This document shows positions 1 to 16,497 of a stretch of 64,000 nt of DNA, piece after piece. Both the position numbers and the translations under genes were made by a program. Numbering within the stretch: the stretch's first letter is position 1; each line of letters starts with the position of its first letter. Under the pieces are notes generated by a model. It was not told the origin of the DNA. It worked only from the letters and a program-made list of their open reading frames with translations, and made no database searches. The DNA is from the human T2T-CHM13v2.0 reference genome, Homo sapiens. The stretch lies in NCBI RefSeq assembly GCF_009914755.1, contig NC_060943.1; one strand, given 5' to 3'.

Positions 1-194
<194 letters not shown>

Positions 195-442
195 TTAGTC
201 AAAAAAATATACTTATTGACTTTCCTAAAAAATTAAAAAGAAAAACAACTAAATACACAGCCAACTAGCATCTTCATTTTTAGAACTCAAAAATTAATTG
301 GAATATACCTAGGGAGAAATTTTCTGGAATTTCATTTTCTGGGATATTTTTTAAAATTGCTAGTCCTCATTCCTTTGTCATTTTATATTTCATTTTCCAT
401 CTTAGTTAATATTGCTGTTTTTATTTCCTCATTCTCTGTTAT

Positions 443-636
443 TGTATCAGTTATTGTCCAATCAGGAAAGTAGAAACCACTCTAGATAGTTCCAGCAGGA
501 AGGGACTTAAATGCAAGGGATTTATTACAAAGGTGCTGGAAAGGCTTGGGAGGAGCAAAATGCAGAAGAGGGTTGTTATCCAGAGATGAGAAAGCTGCCT
601 GTGGGCTAGAACCCAGGAGCCTCCATGCACAGATGA

Positions 637-676
<40 letters not shown>

Positions 677-1000
677 GAGCTGTATTGCTGCAGTTCACCA
701 GGAACCCAGAAGCCAAAACTGCGCTGATGTGCTGGAACCTGCGGTGTGTGTAGTTGCCTGCATTCTTCCATAGTTGTTCACTGCTCCTGCTGCTGCTGCT
801 CCCCAAGACAGAGCAGTAACAGGAAAAAAGTGGTGTTATCCTTCCACTTGCCAACCAATCTCCAGCCTTTGAAAACCTAACTGTGGAAGCCAGCTGGCAA
901 AGGAGTCTGGGAAATGTAGTGTGCAGGCTTTCAGTTCTGCTGATACGGAGGAGAATGTAGAAGGGCGCGTTTGACCAAATGAATGCTGTAATTGCTTGGG
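443..1000. mobile_element. Old LTR-like element (MLT1/ERVL-MaLR class) hosting the CTG repeat
   Basis: Begins tgtatcagttattgtcc...agaaaccact and contains gagtctgggaaatgtagt, typical of old MLT1/LTR33-type LTRs. Family and ends uncertain. Confidence 0.45.
638..673 (+). repeat. (CTG)12 trinucleotide repeat
   Basis: 12 uninterrupted CTG units. A degenerate CTG tract follows at 781-800. Confidence 0.97.
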
Positions 1001-1274
1001 TGATGCATTTCTCATAACGGAGATGGGCAGAGAAGGCATTATTTTACACTGATAACATTCAGAGAGGTGGAGAAGAGGCACAGTGGCATTCCAGATAAGG
1101 GGATAGCCAGAGTGGTGGTGTGGAGGCAGGAATGCTCATGGCATGTTCAGAGAATAGCTTAGCTGGACCATAGAGTTCTTTTTGAAGGATAGCTAGAAAT
1201 GAAGGTAGAAAATAAGGTTGGGTTCAAATTGGATTGAGATTGTGGTAGTAAAAGCTGTCTTACAATTAACCCAT

Positions 1275-1605
1275 GTTGGGTGTGGTAGCTCACGCCTGTA
1301 ATCCCAACATTTTGGGAGGCTGAGGCTGGCAATCATTTGAGCCCAGGAGTTCCAGACCAGCCTGGCCAACATGGTGAAACCTTGTCTCTACAAAAAAAAT
1401 ACAAAAATTAGCCGGGCATGGTAGCACACCCACACATCTAGTCCCAGCTACTCAGGTAACTGCAGCGGGAGGATCGCTTGAGCCTGGGAGGTTGAGGCTG
1501 TGGTGAGCCATAATCGCGCCACTACACTCCAGCCTGGGTGACAGAGTGAGACCCTGTACAAAAAAAAACAAAAACAAAAACAAAAACAAAAAAAAAAAGA
1601 AGAAG
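1275..1605 (+). mobile_element. Alu (AluJ-like)
   Basis: Full dimer, A-rich tail, TSD attaacccat at 1265 and 1606. Confidence 0.93.
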
Positions 1606-2062
1606 ATTAACCCATAGCACTTTACACAGTGATTTGAGCTGGGATAGACCAATGAGGAAACTCTTATGATAGCTCAAGCTTTAAGGGCTTGAGGACTGTG
1701 GTAAAAACCTGTACATTCAAGACAAAGTTGTCTTGAATGAATTGTTTCTGTCTTAAGAACTGAGGCTATGGTAGTGGAGTTGGAGATAAACAGTTCATTC
1801 AAAACAAGCTTTTAACTGATGTACCTGTCAATGGCTTGGGGCAAGTAATTGGAATAAATAATGAATTCTGATTTTCTGTTGATTTTTCTATATAAATTGA
1901 ATTTGTTGATTACCTTATGCTCTTGAAAAGGTCTTAGTTCTCTCTTTTTTATGCTTTTACTTCTCTGGGATAATGCCTTGATAAGTTAGACTCATCATGG
2001 TATTGTTAGGATCTTCCTTGAAGTGGCATTAAATTCACTTTGATCATAAACTTTATTCATAA

Positions 2063-2439
<377 letters not shown>

Positions 2440-2644
2440 TAATACTTAAATTACTTGCGGACAGGTTTTTGGTTTTTTCTTTGGACACTAATTCATTAAT
2501 TCCATTTAGGAGGTATTTATTGAGCCAGCAGTGTGTGTGGTGCTGAGGTCACATGAGGAGCAGAATAGATAAGACATTAAATCCCCATCTTTTTGGAGTT
2601 AACAATTTAATGAGAAATAGAAATTAAAGAAAAAAAAAAACATT

Positions 2645-3030
2645 CCTCGGCCTTAGGGCCCTTGCAGTTGCTGTTCAGCTGCCTGGAATGCTGTCCCCCA
2701 GATGCCCAGATTCTTAACTCCCTTGCCTCCCTCATGGCTGCTCCCACGCCTCCTGCTCAGTGGGACCTGCTCTGGCCATCCCTTTCAGCTCTGTGCATAC
2801 TCCTCTACCACGTGCCGGGGCTTTCTCCCCATTCTATTTCCCTCCTAAGTTTGCTTTGTAATTGTCTGTTTCCCTCTGCTAGAATTTAAGTTCCATGAGG
2901 CAGGCATCTTTGTCTCTTTTGTTCATTGCTGTATCCACATGCCTAGTACAGTGCCTGGCACAGTAGTAGGTGCTTGCTCAGTAATTTTCATTGAATGATT
3001 GAATGGGCGAATGAGAATAAATAAATGAGG
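2645..3030 (+). mobile_element. L2 3' end fragment
   Basis: gcctggaatgct...gcctagtacagtgcctggcacagtag...ttgaatgattgaatg, typical L2 terminus. Confidence 0.7.
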
Positions 3031-3137
3031 GCATCCAGGGAACCCAAGGAAGGCTACAGTGGCTAGTGAGAAAAAGGCAGAATGGTGGAGATGAGATCAC
3101 ATAGGGAATAAGAATTTGAGGGTTTAATATAAGAGCA

Positions 3138-3432
<295 letters not shown>

Positions 3433-6400
3433 TGATCAAATCTGTTCTTTAAAAGATAACTTGCTGCTCTAGGAGAGCAAGAGTATACATGTGAAGAACG
3501 CGTAAGGCTGTGGGGATCCAGGCGATCTAGATTCCCTGGCAGCAGATACGTTGGCTTTCTCAGCTGTTGAATTTGAGTGCCCATTCCAAGGGTAGGCATT
3601 GATTGTTATCATTCTGATTATACTTGCATGCACTTAGGTTATCATTAGCCCCTAGAGACTTACCTGTCTCCTTGAAGAACATCATTGTCCAGTGATCCTG
3701 CTGACAGATGAGAGCTGTCAAGATAGCTTGGCTGTGAGATGCCATTTAACTAGTTTTTATCTGTGTATGCTTTCCCTCCCCCTGCAAGATTTAATGACCT
3801 AGCCAGGAGAGAGTCTAGGCTTCCTGGCTCCTCTCCAAGTGTTCTACCACTAAAATGTTAATATTACCTTTCTCAGAATTCTTCTGAATCACTTGTTGGC
3901 ACTGTAAGTGGCTTTTTAAACTTTGATTTTGCCATTTTTGAGTCTGTTTGTACTAGGATTTTTTGCTGGAGGAATTTGAGCTGATTTGATTACTTAAAGA
4001 AGGCCTTTTCACTTACCTTTGCTTTTTAAAGTTGAGTAGCCTGTGATAGGTGGGAATGTTTCTGCCACCTGACATGTTAGTTGGCAAAGTAGTAGAGGCA
4101 GCCTTTAATAAAAGTCACTCTGGAAGAATATTAGTTGGGTACTTAGCATTCTTGGCATTCTTATGGAATGATACAGGTTTATGGCCTTTTTATTAAGTTC
4201 TTAAAATCAAATGATCTTTAATTAGAAGCAATCATATATAAAACTTTGTGACTCCAGACAACACTGGCCTTACTGTATTCTACTATGGAGTGGGGTTTGT
4301 GCCTGTAGGAATGCAGGTTTGGGTTAGGGGAGCGGAGAAAGGGGTGTGAGAAGGCCATATTGAACACATTGTAGCCTGGTCTGTGCCATCTGCTCCCGGC
4401 TGCCTTACTGGTATGGAATGTGGACATACAGCTTTTGAGCCTAGCTGTACCTTGCTTGGCTTTTAGCTCTCATGATTCAACTGGCTGAGCTTAGCTTTCT
4501 GTTACAGTCAGTAAGGAAAATGGAGTTGAGCAGCCTGTTTTTTGAACTCAGGTAGTCATGAGGCTTGACAAGCCATGACACATATATTTTAATCGCCACG
4601 GCCCCCTCTAATGTTTTAAATAAGACAGTAGAGGAATATTTACATTCAAGGAACAACAAGTTATCACAAAACTCCCCCCAACATACACAGCAAGAAAAAT
4701 GCCACCTTATTCTATTGTATATGATTCTTCACTGGGCAAAAAGGGCTCTTTATCTGAATGCAATCTATGATGTCCTCAGTGAAGAAAACTAAAGGGTTGG
4801 TGTGTATGATATCGCATTTTGGTATGAACAGATTATATATGTTTCTGTGCCCACACCTGTACCCTTGAGGAGCGGTAATAGCCAGAAGGGATCGTGGTGT
4901 TAGAGATGGCAAAGCTAAGGCTCTGACAGGCTCTCTTAAGTTAAGGCCTTGACAGTGGGTTTTCTGAGCAGAAAGCAGAAATCACAGATGGATTCAGGGG
5001 CCGGGGAGTGGTCTGCGGCATTGGGGAGACACATGCAATAGTGAAGGAACTGGGTTGAGACACCTACTCATCCCCAAACCCTCTCTTCATTCTGCACACA
5101 GTAATCATATTAGCTATGGTACAAGTTTCCCATAAGATTTTAACATAGTAAATGCCGTGGGAGTCAGAGTCGGTCTGCTGACAGGGTTTTTATAATGGTG
5201 ATGTACGTTGTTGTGCATTGATTTTAAGACGATTCAAAAGAAAGTAGCTGCTCTGTGCTCTTCCCAGGGCCATTCAGAGCCAGGGAGTGGGAGGTGAGGC
5301 CACGGAGGGAACCACTCAGTGGGTTTATCTTGGGCATTCTGTGCATATGTAACTGAGAAAGGTATGTTGTTACCTAATGTATGCTTTTGATAATTTGGAC
5401 CAAGAGACATGGTATTCTGAATAGCAGCCAAATATATGAGGTCAAGGTGACTTCCTCTAGCAATTAGGACAGCTGTCATGGAAGAGTAGGCCAGACCTGA
5501 TTTCCTTCTTAAGTCCGAGGGCTAAACCAGTGATAAGAGATGACTCGTTGATCTTCCTGATATTACTGGCCAAGCACTTTCTAAGGAATGACGATTGATA
5601 AGGAAGAACAAACTACTATTTTGGTCTCTTATCTAAAGGAAAATCATGAAGCTAGCACTTTATAGAAAATGCACTTATTCAGTTCCTTGTATGATCACAA
5701 ATGTTTTCTTAGTTATTTTTGGGCTCCCCAACAGGATATGTTACTTATAGTTTGAAATTCGCCTTTTTTTTTTTCTCTGAAATATATCTTGAAGTGTTGA
5801 GTGGTGGCTAGGTGCCATATAGAACATACAAGCAGAATTTTATAGAAGTATACATTTAGTGAGGGGTGGAGATTATTGCTTTAATAAATGGGACTGGCTG
5901 GATGTCATTCTTTTTTGTCCCCTTCCCAGTCACTTTGACTCTAGGGTCTTGATTAATGTGATCATCTCTGCAGAGTGTGGAGAGACAGCACTGGGATGGG
6001 GGTGGGAAGTGGGCGCAAAGCCTTTCTTAGGGCACAGACAGCTCTGACAGCAGTTTCTGGGACTGCCTTCCCCTCTCCCCTTCAGCTTCCGCATCTGTGA
6101 CGTGAGGGAGCTGGCTGCCAGCATTCCCAGCTTGGCCTGCCTTCCAGTGGCTTTCATTCAGAGACAGCAGATCATGTTCATCTGGAAGTTTTCTTAGTTG
6201 TTCATCTCAAGAAGAATCTTAGGAATTTTTTTTCAAATCAGCCAGTTTTCCTCAGATTTTGCTTCTTCTTTATCTGCCCTGTTCCTTTGGCTAATCTTCT
6301 GTCAGCGAGACACAGGGTCATCAGTTTAAGTATGGGAAGGAAATTATGGCCTTGAGCACAGGCAGAAAGCATCTGGCTCCCAGGCGCTTCCTGTGAGCCA

Positions 6401-7107
6401 CCATGAAATTACAAAGACTGGGCCTGACAAGGCCTTTCAAAGGAGCATCTCACACCACCACTGTGTCAGCATTTCCATGATTCCATCGTAAAGCAGTTGT
6501 TTTTCCTGATGCTTATTATGACCAGGTTGGAGTTGGCCTTTACATGGGAAGCGTTTATCCAGTGGATGAGAGTGAAACAGCAGGACAGAGGTGGCGGGGG
6601 AGAGGGCTCAGATTGCTCTCGGAATTCCCTTCTCCAGCCCGGTCCTGACCAAGCCATTCTTGCTCAGAAGCCTGTGGTTCCTCAGAGGATGAAGTCCAGA
6701 CTGTCTTTAGCGTGTCAGGACCCTCCACAGACTTGCCCCCAGCGTCTCCCACCATATGTGCCTATGCTCCGTGTTCCTGTTCTCCAGCCAGGGCAGTGCG
6801 GGGGAGTGGAGGGACGAGAGCTGGGGGTGGTGTCAGGAGACCTGGGTTCTGGACTGGGGTTCCTGTCTATCTAGCTGAGTTATTTCATTTCTCTCTGTCT
6901 CAGTAGTTACTAATCTGGATAGGCTTACCAAATGAGAGGAGGAGAAGAAAAGGTTTAGGAGACAGATTACAAGGCTCTTTCTGATTCTTGTCTCCTGGCC
7001 TAGCTTGGAAATTAGAACACCAAATGTCTGAGCATTAAATGGGTTTTTGAACCATGAAGTTTTTTGAACTTCTTAAAAACAAAAACAAACAAAAAGAAAA
7101 CACTGTA

Positions 7108-8181
<1,074 letters not shown>

Positions 8182-8668
8182 CAGAAACAGATCAAATTGG
8201 ACTTGCTCTCTTGAGGCTGAAAGGTCTGACATGCCACCTGTTGAGTCTTAAAACCTGCCAGTTCCATCCAGGGCTCCCCAGGGCACTGCTTCTCTGCATT
8301 TCTTCTCTCTTGCTATGCAGCCAGGATTAGAGTCACCTGTTTGACATGACCCCAGGCAGGGGCCTAGTGTAGAAGGGGGAGATTGTATAGAAAAGTGTAT
8401 AAAGTATGTACGATTTGAACAACTATAAAGTGAATACCAATATAACCACTACCCAAGTCCAGAAATAGAACAGAAGCTCCACTTTGTATTTAGTATTTTC
8501 CTTGGTTCCATTCGTTCTGTTTCTTAGCTTCTTAGCCTTAGCTTCAGTACAGATGCAGTAGATAAAATAAAAGCCAATGGCTTTTATATCTCCTTAGTCT
8601 CAAAGCAGGAATCCAAAACACTGCTTTCAAATACAGATGATAAATATTTGAATAAGAAATAATATTTT

Positions 8669-8960
8669 GGCTGGGTGCAGTAGGTGACACCTGCAATCCC
8701 AGCACTTTGGGAGGCTGAGGTAGGCGGATCACATGAGCCCAGGAGTTCGAGACTAGCCTGGGCACCATGGTAAAACCCCATCTCTACAAAAAATACAGAA
8801 GTTAGCCAGGCGCGATGGCACATGCCTGTAGTCCCAGCTACTCTGGCGGCTGAGGTGAGAGGATCACTTGATCCTGGGGAGGTTGAGGCTGCAGTGAGTT
8901 GTGATTATATCATACTGGGCTCCAACCTGGGTGATAGAGTGAGACCCTGTCTAAAAAAAA
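8669..8960 (+). mobile_element. Alu (AluJ-like)
   Basis: Full dimer with A tail. Confidence 0.93.
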
Positions 8961-9012
8961 GAATCTTTTTTCTTAATAAAAAATATTAATAATAAGAAAT
9001 ATGTTATAATAA

Positions 9013-9636
<624 letters not shown>

Positions 9637-10880
9637 CTTTTTCTTAGCTTCTTAGGTTGGCCTTAGCTTCAGTACAGGTGCATTAGATAAAATAAAAGCC
9701 AACCATCCTTTTTAAAAGGATATACATGTGGTATAACTTTTATTACTTGCGATAGCCTGTTTTGGGACTGGCAGTTTACAGAATAATGCAAGTGAGTAGT
9801 GAAGAATAATTAGAAATAATGAGCTGAAATCCTCATGTCATCCTAACATGCCATCAGGAAATAGTAAGCCTTACTGTTGGACTCGAAAATAAGCTGACCC
9901 ATTTTTCCCCATTGACAGAAATGCCTGTTTCTTCAGCACTGTCCTTTGTTGGCAAGGCACATTTGGCTGGACGCAGCCTCCACTCTTCTTGCGTCAGGGA
10001 CATTTATATAGAGAATGTTCTTTCAAAAAGAACTTTTTTCCTAGTGAGAAGTTTTAAAAAAAAATTAGTAGAGTATAACTGCTTAGAAGCAACTGCTGGA
10101 ATAATTTTATAGGTTTTACTTACCCTTTTGAAAATCAATGTAAAATTGGTCTTAATGCCAGGAAATTTCAAAGGTAAGACTCGGCTGTTTTTTTGTATCT
10201 TGACTTGGTAAGAATCTCAGCTCACTGTGGTAATGGTAATTATGCTGTGATACCTAGGCTTATTGGAGTGCCTCCAATTTCGAATTTGCCTTGGTTTTGT
10301 ATTCCCTTTGACGTAGAATATTTTTACAGCTTATCAGAATCTTGGTTTTTGTTGTTGTTTTTCTTAATATAGGTAATCCAGAAATTATGCTAAATCAGTG
10401 AGAAAGACTTCTTAGCTTTTGATTTTGTCTTTGTTTATATTTGCCTTATACTTTGATCAGATAGCTTAATTAGAATTCCATAGTTACCTGGTAGAAAGCT
10501 GCTAAGGATAAAGCTTAAGGAAGTACTTTGGCTAAAAGCGGCTCCCTTTATTCATCAGGGGAATTTGATTTCATCCTGTGGATAACATAGCTTAGAAATT
10601 CTGTTTCTTTGGGACCAGCCTGTAGAGTTCTGCAAGCCTGGAAGCATGAGAACTGTGGCGGGGGAAAAATGGGCTACTTGCTGTATTTAGTGTGGGCTGC
10701 TAGGATGGTAAGGTAGCAACATAGTTCTGTATTCCCACCCTGGAATTCAGAAGAACCTTTAAGCAGGGATTGCATGGAGGTGGGGAGGACAAATCAAGAG
10801 GGGCAGGAGGGGACATTTGCAAAAATTATAAACGGAATGTCAGAGAATCTTTCATAGCTACTCTTTAAAAATTAACTTTA

Positions 10881-11187
<307 letters not shown>

Positions 11188-11635
11188 CTTTAGGCCAGAT
11201 TATTTTCAAAACAGGCATGCGAGTTACTAGCCCTTGAAAGTCTACTGATCCCTTTGTGGTTTCCTTTGGTCTTCTGGAGTGTGCTGCACATTGAATTTAT
11301 AGAGAGTATAGTGAGAGCTGAATGCGCGTAATCAATATCCAAGAATCTGTTGCATGAGACGACGTGTTTCAAGACCAGATAGGCAAACACTGAAATCAGT
11401 CTTTCTAAAGATCCAGATGACCCATTTCAGAGACTGCCTGTACCCAGAGCCCTAGGGACATAGTGAGATTCCATGGCTATGAGGAAATCTTCCTCTCACA
11501 TTGGGTAGGAGTAAGTGTATGTAGCCTATACTAGTGGGAACAACTACCCCACCAACACTGTTCTGGGCAAATGTCACTTTCTTTTTTCCCCTTGGCAAAT
11601 CCTGGTTTTGCATACCATCCCCACAATGTTATTAT

Positions 11636-11811
11636 TTTATTTTTATGTTTTTTAGAGGTGGAGTCTTCCTGTGTTGCCCAGGCTAGAGTGAAGTGGCTTT
11701 TCATAGATGTGATAATGGTGCACTGCAGCCTTGAACTCCTGGGCTCAGGTGATCTTCCCACCTGAGCCCCCTGAGTAGCTGGGACTACAGGTGTGAGCCA
11801 CCACACCCAGC
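11636..11811 (-). mobile_element. FAM (fossil Alu monomer)
   Basis: Monomer with the FAM-type extra segment gtggcttttcatagatgtgataatggtgcactgc; TSD caatgtt(a/g)ttatttta. Confidence 0.7.
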
Positions 11812-11982
11812 TCAATGTTGTTATTTTAATTTGCATTGGACTGAAAGGTAGAAATATAATTGCTATATTCAAATGGAGTTTTCGTTTATGTAAGATGATT
11901 AACTCCTTAGACTGTGTTAATTTGTTGGGTGAGTAGTTAAGGTAGCAGTGTACAACAATAAATAACTCAACGGGGTAAAAGA

Positions 11983-12870
<888 letters not shown>

Positions 12871-13906
12871 TCGATTATTTTCATATTTGATTCTCAGAGT
12901 AAACATACAGCTTGTTGATAATCTGAGCCCCGACTGCCCATCTCATCTTCTGTCTCCCATTCTTGGAAACCCTTTTCCAGTCAATCTGTCCCAAAACATG
13001 TTTATTGCTTTCCCATTTTAGCCACTATTATTCATGCCTTTTATGTCACCTCTCCAAACTCTGCCAGTCTTTTAAGAACCAATTCAAATTTTACTTCTGC
13101 CTGATGCCTTTCCCACTTACTCCAGATTGAATGGTTTTTCTTTCTCTGGATCCCAGGAAATGGTCTATACCATTTATTGTCTTATGGTTTGGCTATTTTT
13201 TTTAAGTGTAAATATTGTATCTCAAGTAAATTATAAGATCCTCGTCAGCAAAGACAGTACCCATTCCTTTTGTTTCATCACATTTTCTTTGCTATGTGAG
13301 TATGCATTTGATTTGGGTGATGGACAGTTCAGTCCTTAATTCCAAAGATTATGGTAATACAAAAATGATTAACACTCTGAAATATGCAGAAAGGAGGGAA
13401 TTTAGCTGCTGTATAACTAGATCTATCAAATGGGGACCTTTCTCTTTTACTCAGCTTTAGAGATTCTGTTGTCCTTGTTGAGTTTGATGGAATCCTTCTG
13501 TAAGATACTCTTCATGTGGTAAACAGATGAGTAGAATAGGGGTATTGCTTCAGATTCTGACAAATCATACACAGAAAATGAAAATGCCCTCTATATCTCA
13601 CTCAGATTCAAAAAGATTATAATCCCCTTTTACACCTAAATGCCCTAACACATCATTTTTGCATATTACTAATTAAGGTTCTCTAAATTCATCTGGATTT
13701 TACAGATGAATGAATTGGATGAATAAGGACCTTGAACTCTATTTCCAACTTTTCTTCTCTAATTTATCTTTATTCAAAAGGAAAAACAAAAACCCTAAGA
13801 AAATTTACTTTAGCATTTATTAATATGAAAATGGAAGCATTGGGTTTTAAGAAAATGTTTTGCTTAAATTCAGTGGTTTAATAAGCCAGAGAATAGTGTT
13901 CCCTTC

Positions 13907-14521
13907 TTTTCTTTTTTTTTTTTTTTGAGACGGAATTTCACTCTTGTTGCCCAGGCTGGAGTGCAGTGGCACTCTCTCTGCTCACTGCAACCTCTGCCTC
14001 TAGGGTTCTAGCGATTCTCCTGTCTCAGCCTCCCGAGTAGCTAGGATTACTGGCGCCCACCACCATGCCTGGCTAATTTTTGTATTTGTAGTAGAGGCGG
14101 AGTTTTACCATGATGGCCAGGCTGGTCTCAAACTCCTGACCTCAGGTGATCCACCTGCCTCGGCCTCCCAAAGTGCTGGGATTACAGGCATGAGTCACCG
14201 TGCCCGGCCAGTGTTCTCTTCCTTTTTTTTTTTCTTTTGAGACAGAGTCTTGCTCTGTCGCCCAGGCTGGAGTGCAGTGGCACGATCTCGGCTCACTGCA
14301 AGCTGGCCTTCCAGGTTCACGCCATTCTCCTGCCTCAGCCTCCTGAGTAGCTGGGACTACAGGTGCCCACCACCTCGCCCAGCTAATTTTTTGTATTTTT
14401 TTTAGTAGAGACAGGATTTCACCATGTTAGCCAGGATGGTCTTGATCTCCTGACTTCGTGATCTGCCCACCTCGGCCTCCCAAAGTGTTGCGATTACAGG
14501 CATGAGCCACTGCTCCTGGTC
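13907..14521 (-). mobile_element. Two tandem Alus (13907-14209, 14223-14521)
   Basis: Two full antisense dimers; target motif gtgttc(c/t)cttc occurs three times. Confidence 0.93.
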
Positions 14522-15118
14522 GTGTTCTCTTCTTATTGAAACTTTTATATCCCATCCTTCCTGGCCTATTTGGTAAGTATTAATACATTCCTCTGGAAAA
14601 CTTCCATGTCTACCTGACATGGAAAGTGCTTCCTACATAGATATATTTCTTGTTCCACCCCTCCCACCCCCCAACTGAGTCTTTTCAAGTGTCTACCAAA
14701 TGCAAACATTTTAACCAGCTGCTAATGGGAACTCATAGCTTTGAAGACTTAGAAATGTAAGATATTGAGAAATACGAGGTTTTAAGGAGGTTTGAAGAAT
14801 GCTTTTTTGCTTTCTGTTAGTTACGATGTATATTTCCATTTATTTCCCCTATTGAGATTAAGGAAAATTGTGATAACAAGTATTTTACTTCCTTTGCTTG
14901 TAGTTCTGTATGAAATTATTTCCTTACAGTGTTACTAGTTGGTGGTGTTCTGTATGTGATTATTTGAAACTCAGTGTGTTTTCAGAAGTTGTTGAATATT
15001 CTCAGGTGGAGATGGTCATTTTTATTATGGATAATGGTGGAAGATTTTTGTCTTAGGGGGCATTCTAGATTACAGAGCACACAAACATTTCCTACTTCGG
15101 GGAGAGAGGGATGAGGTT

Positions 15119-15168
15119 GCTGTGTTGGAAGAGTGATACACACGCTGTGTTGGAAGAGTGATACACAC
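15119..15168. repeat. Perfect 25-bp tandem duplication
   Basis: (gctgtgttggaagagtgatacacac) x2. Confidence 0.95.
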
Positions 15169-16157
15169 ACTTCCAGGCGTATGCTGATAGAGCTGTTGAC
15201 AGTATGAACTTTCCCAGTTATAGTAAATCTGGGATCACGGTGGCATTTCTAGGTCCTACAAAAATGTGTGCTATCTTGGGAATGTTACCACTTCTTGCCC
15301 TGAGTGTTTCATAGAGGTGTTAAAAAAGAAAACACCCTCCTTCTACCTTCCAGTTGCGGCACTCTGGTGGGGACCTTGTGTCTTGGTTAAACAAATCACA
15401 AACAACTCTAGATGCTTGGTGACAGTCTGAAGAAGGCACGTAGATATTTGCATTATGTTTTATTACAGCATGTATTTGTGACTGAGAAACCAAAATACTT
15501 CTGAAGTATTTTCCTCTCTGAAGTAGTTGACTCTTGGCATAAAATGGGAAACTTTGAAGTCCTGTGTTTCTGTTTTTCTAATGAAATATCTCTGTACAGC
15601 TCAAAGATAAAAGTAATTACCATTTTTAAAGGATCCTTCTTTCCCCTCTGTTTTAACTCTTCCATTTAAAAAGGATTAGCACTGGAAAATTATTAGAATG
15701 GACATTCAGATTCTGTTGTGTATCTTAGTTGCCTGCTAAGAACACTGGTTCCCATCACATTTAAACTCTAAAGACATTGTGAAGTCTGGATATGCCCGGT
15801 CTCCTACTTTCTCTTTCTTTGTGGCCTTCAGATCATTAAATTTAGTGACTCAGCTAATTTTTTTTACCCACCTCTTAGAACTAAGTTGAATGTATTTGTG
15901 ACCAAGCACTTAAAGTTATTTCCTCTAAACCAAGTGTTTGAGATGTTTTTAGATTTATAACAGTCTTTGTTTACCGTGTAATTCAGTCCAATTGAGGAAC
16001 TAGTAAAACTGCATTATCTAGACATCAAAGCTAAGAAGAGTATACTTACACCAAGAAACTTATTAGGTTTCTAACAAGTGGAAAGTTACCAGGTGTCCCA
16101 AAATTAACCACTTCCATGCCAGCTGATTTTCACTTTTTGTAGCTATTTTAATGATCA

Positions 16158-16497
<340 letters not shown>

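Noticed and set aside
451-854. Poly-Ser, poly-Cys and poly-Ala ORFs
   Set aside because: They are translations of the CTG/CAG repeat in different frames, with no other coding signal.
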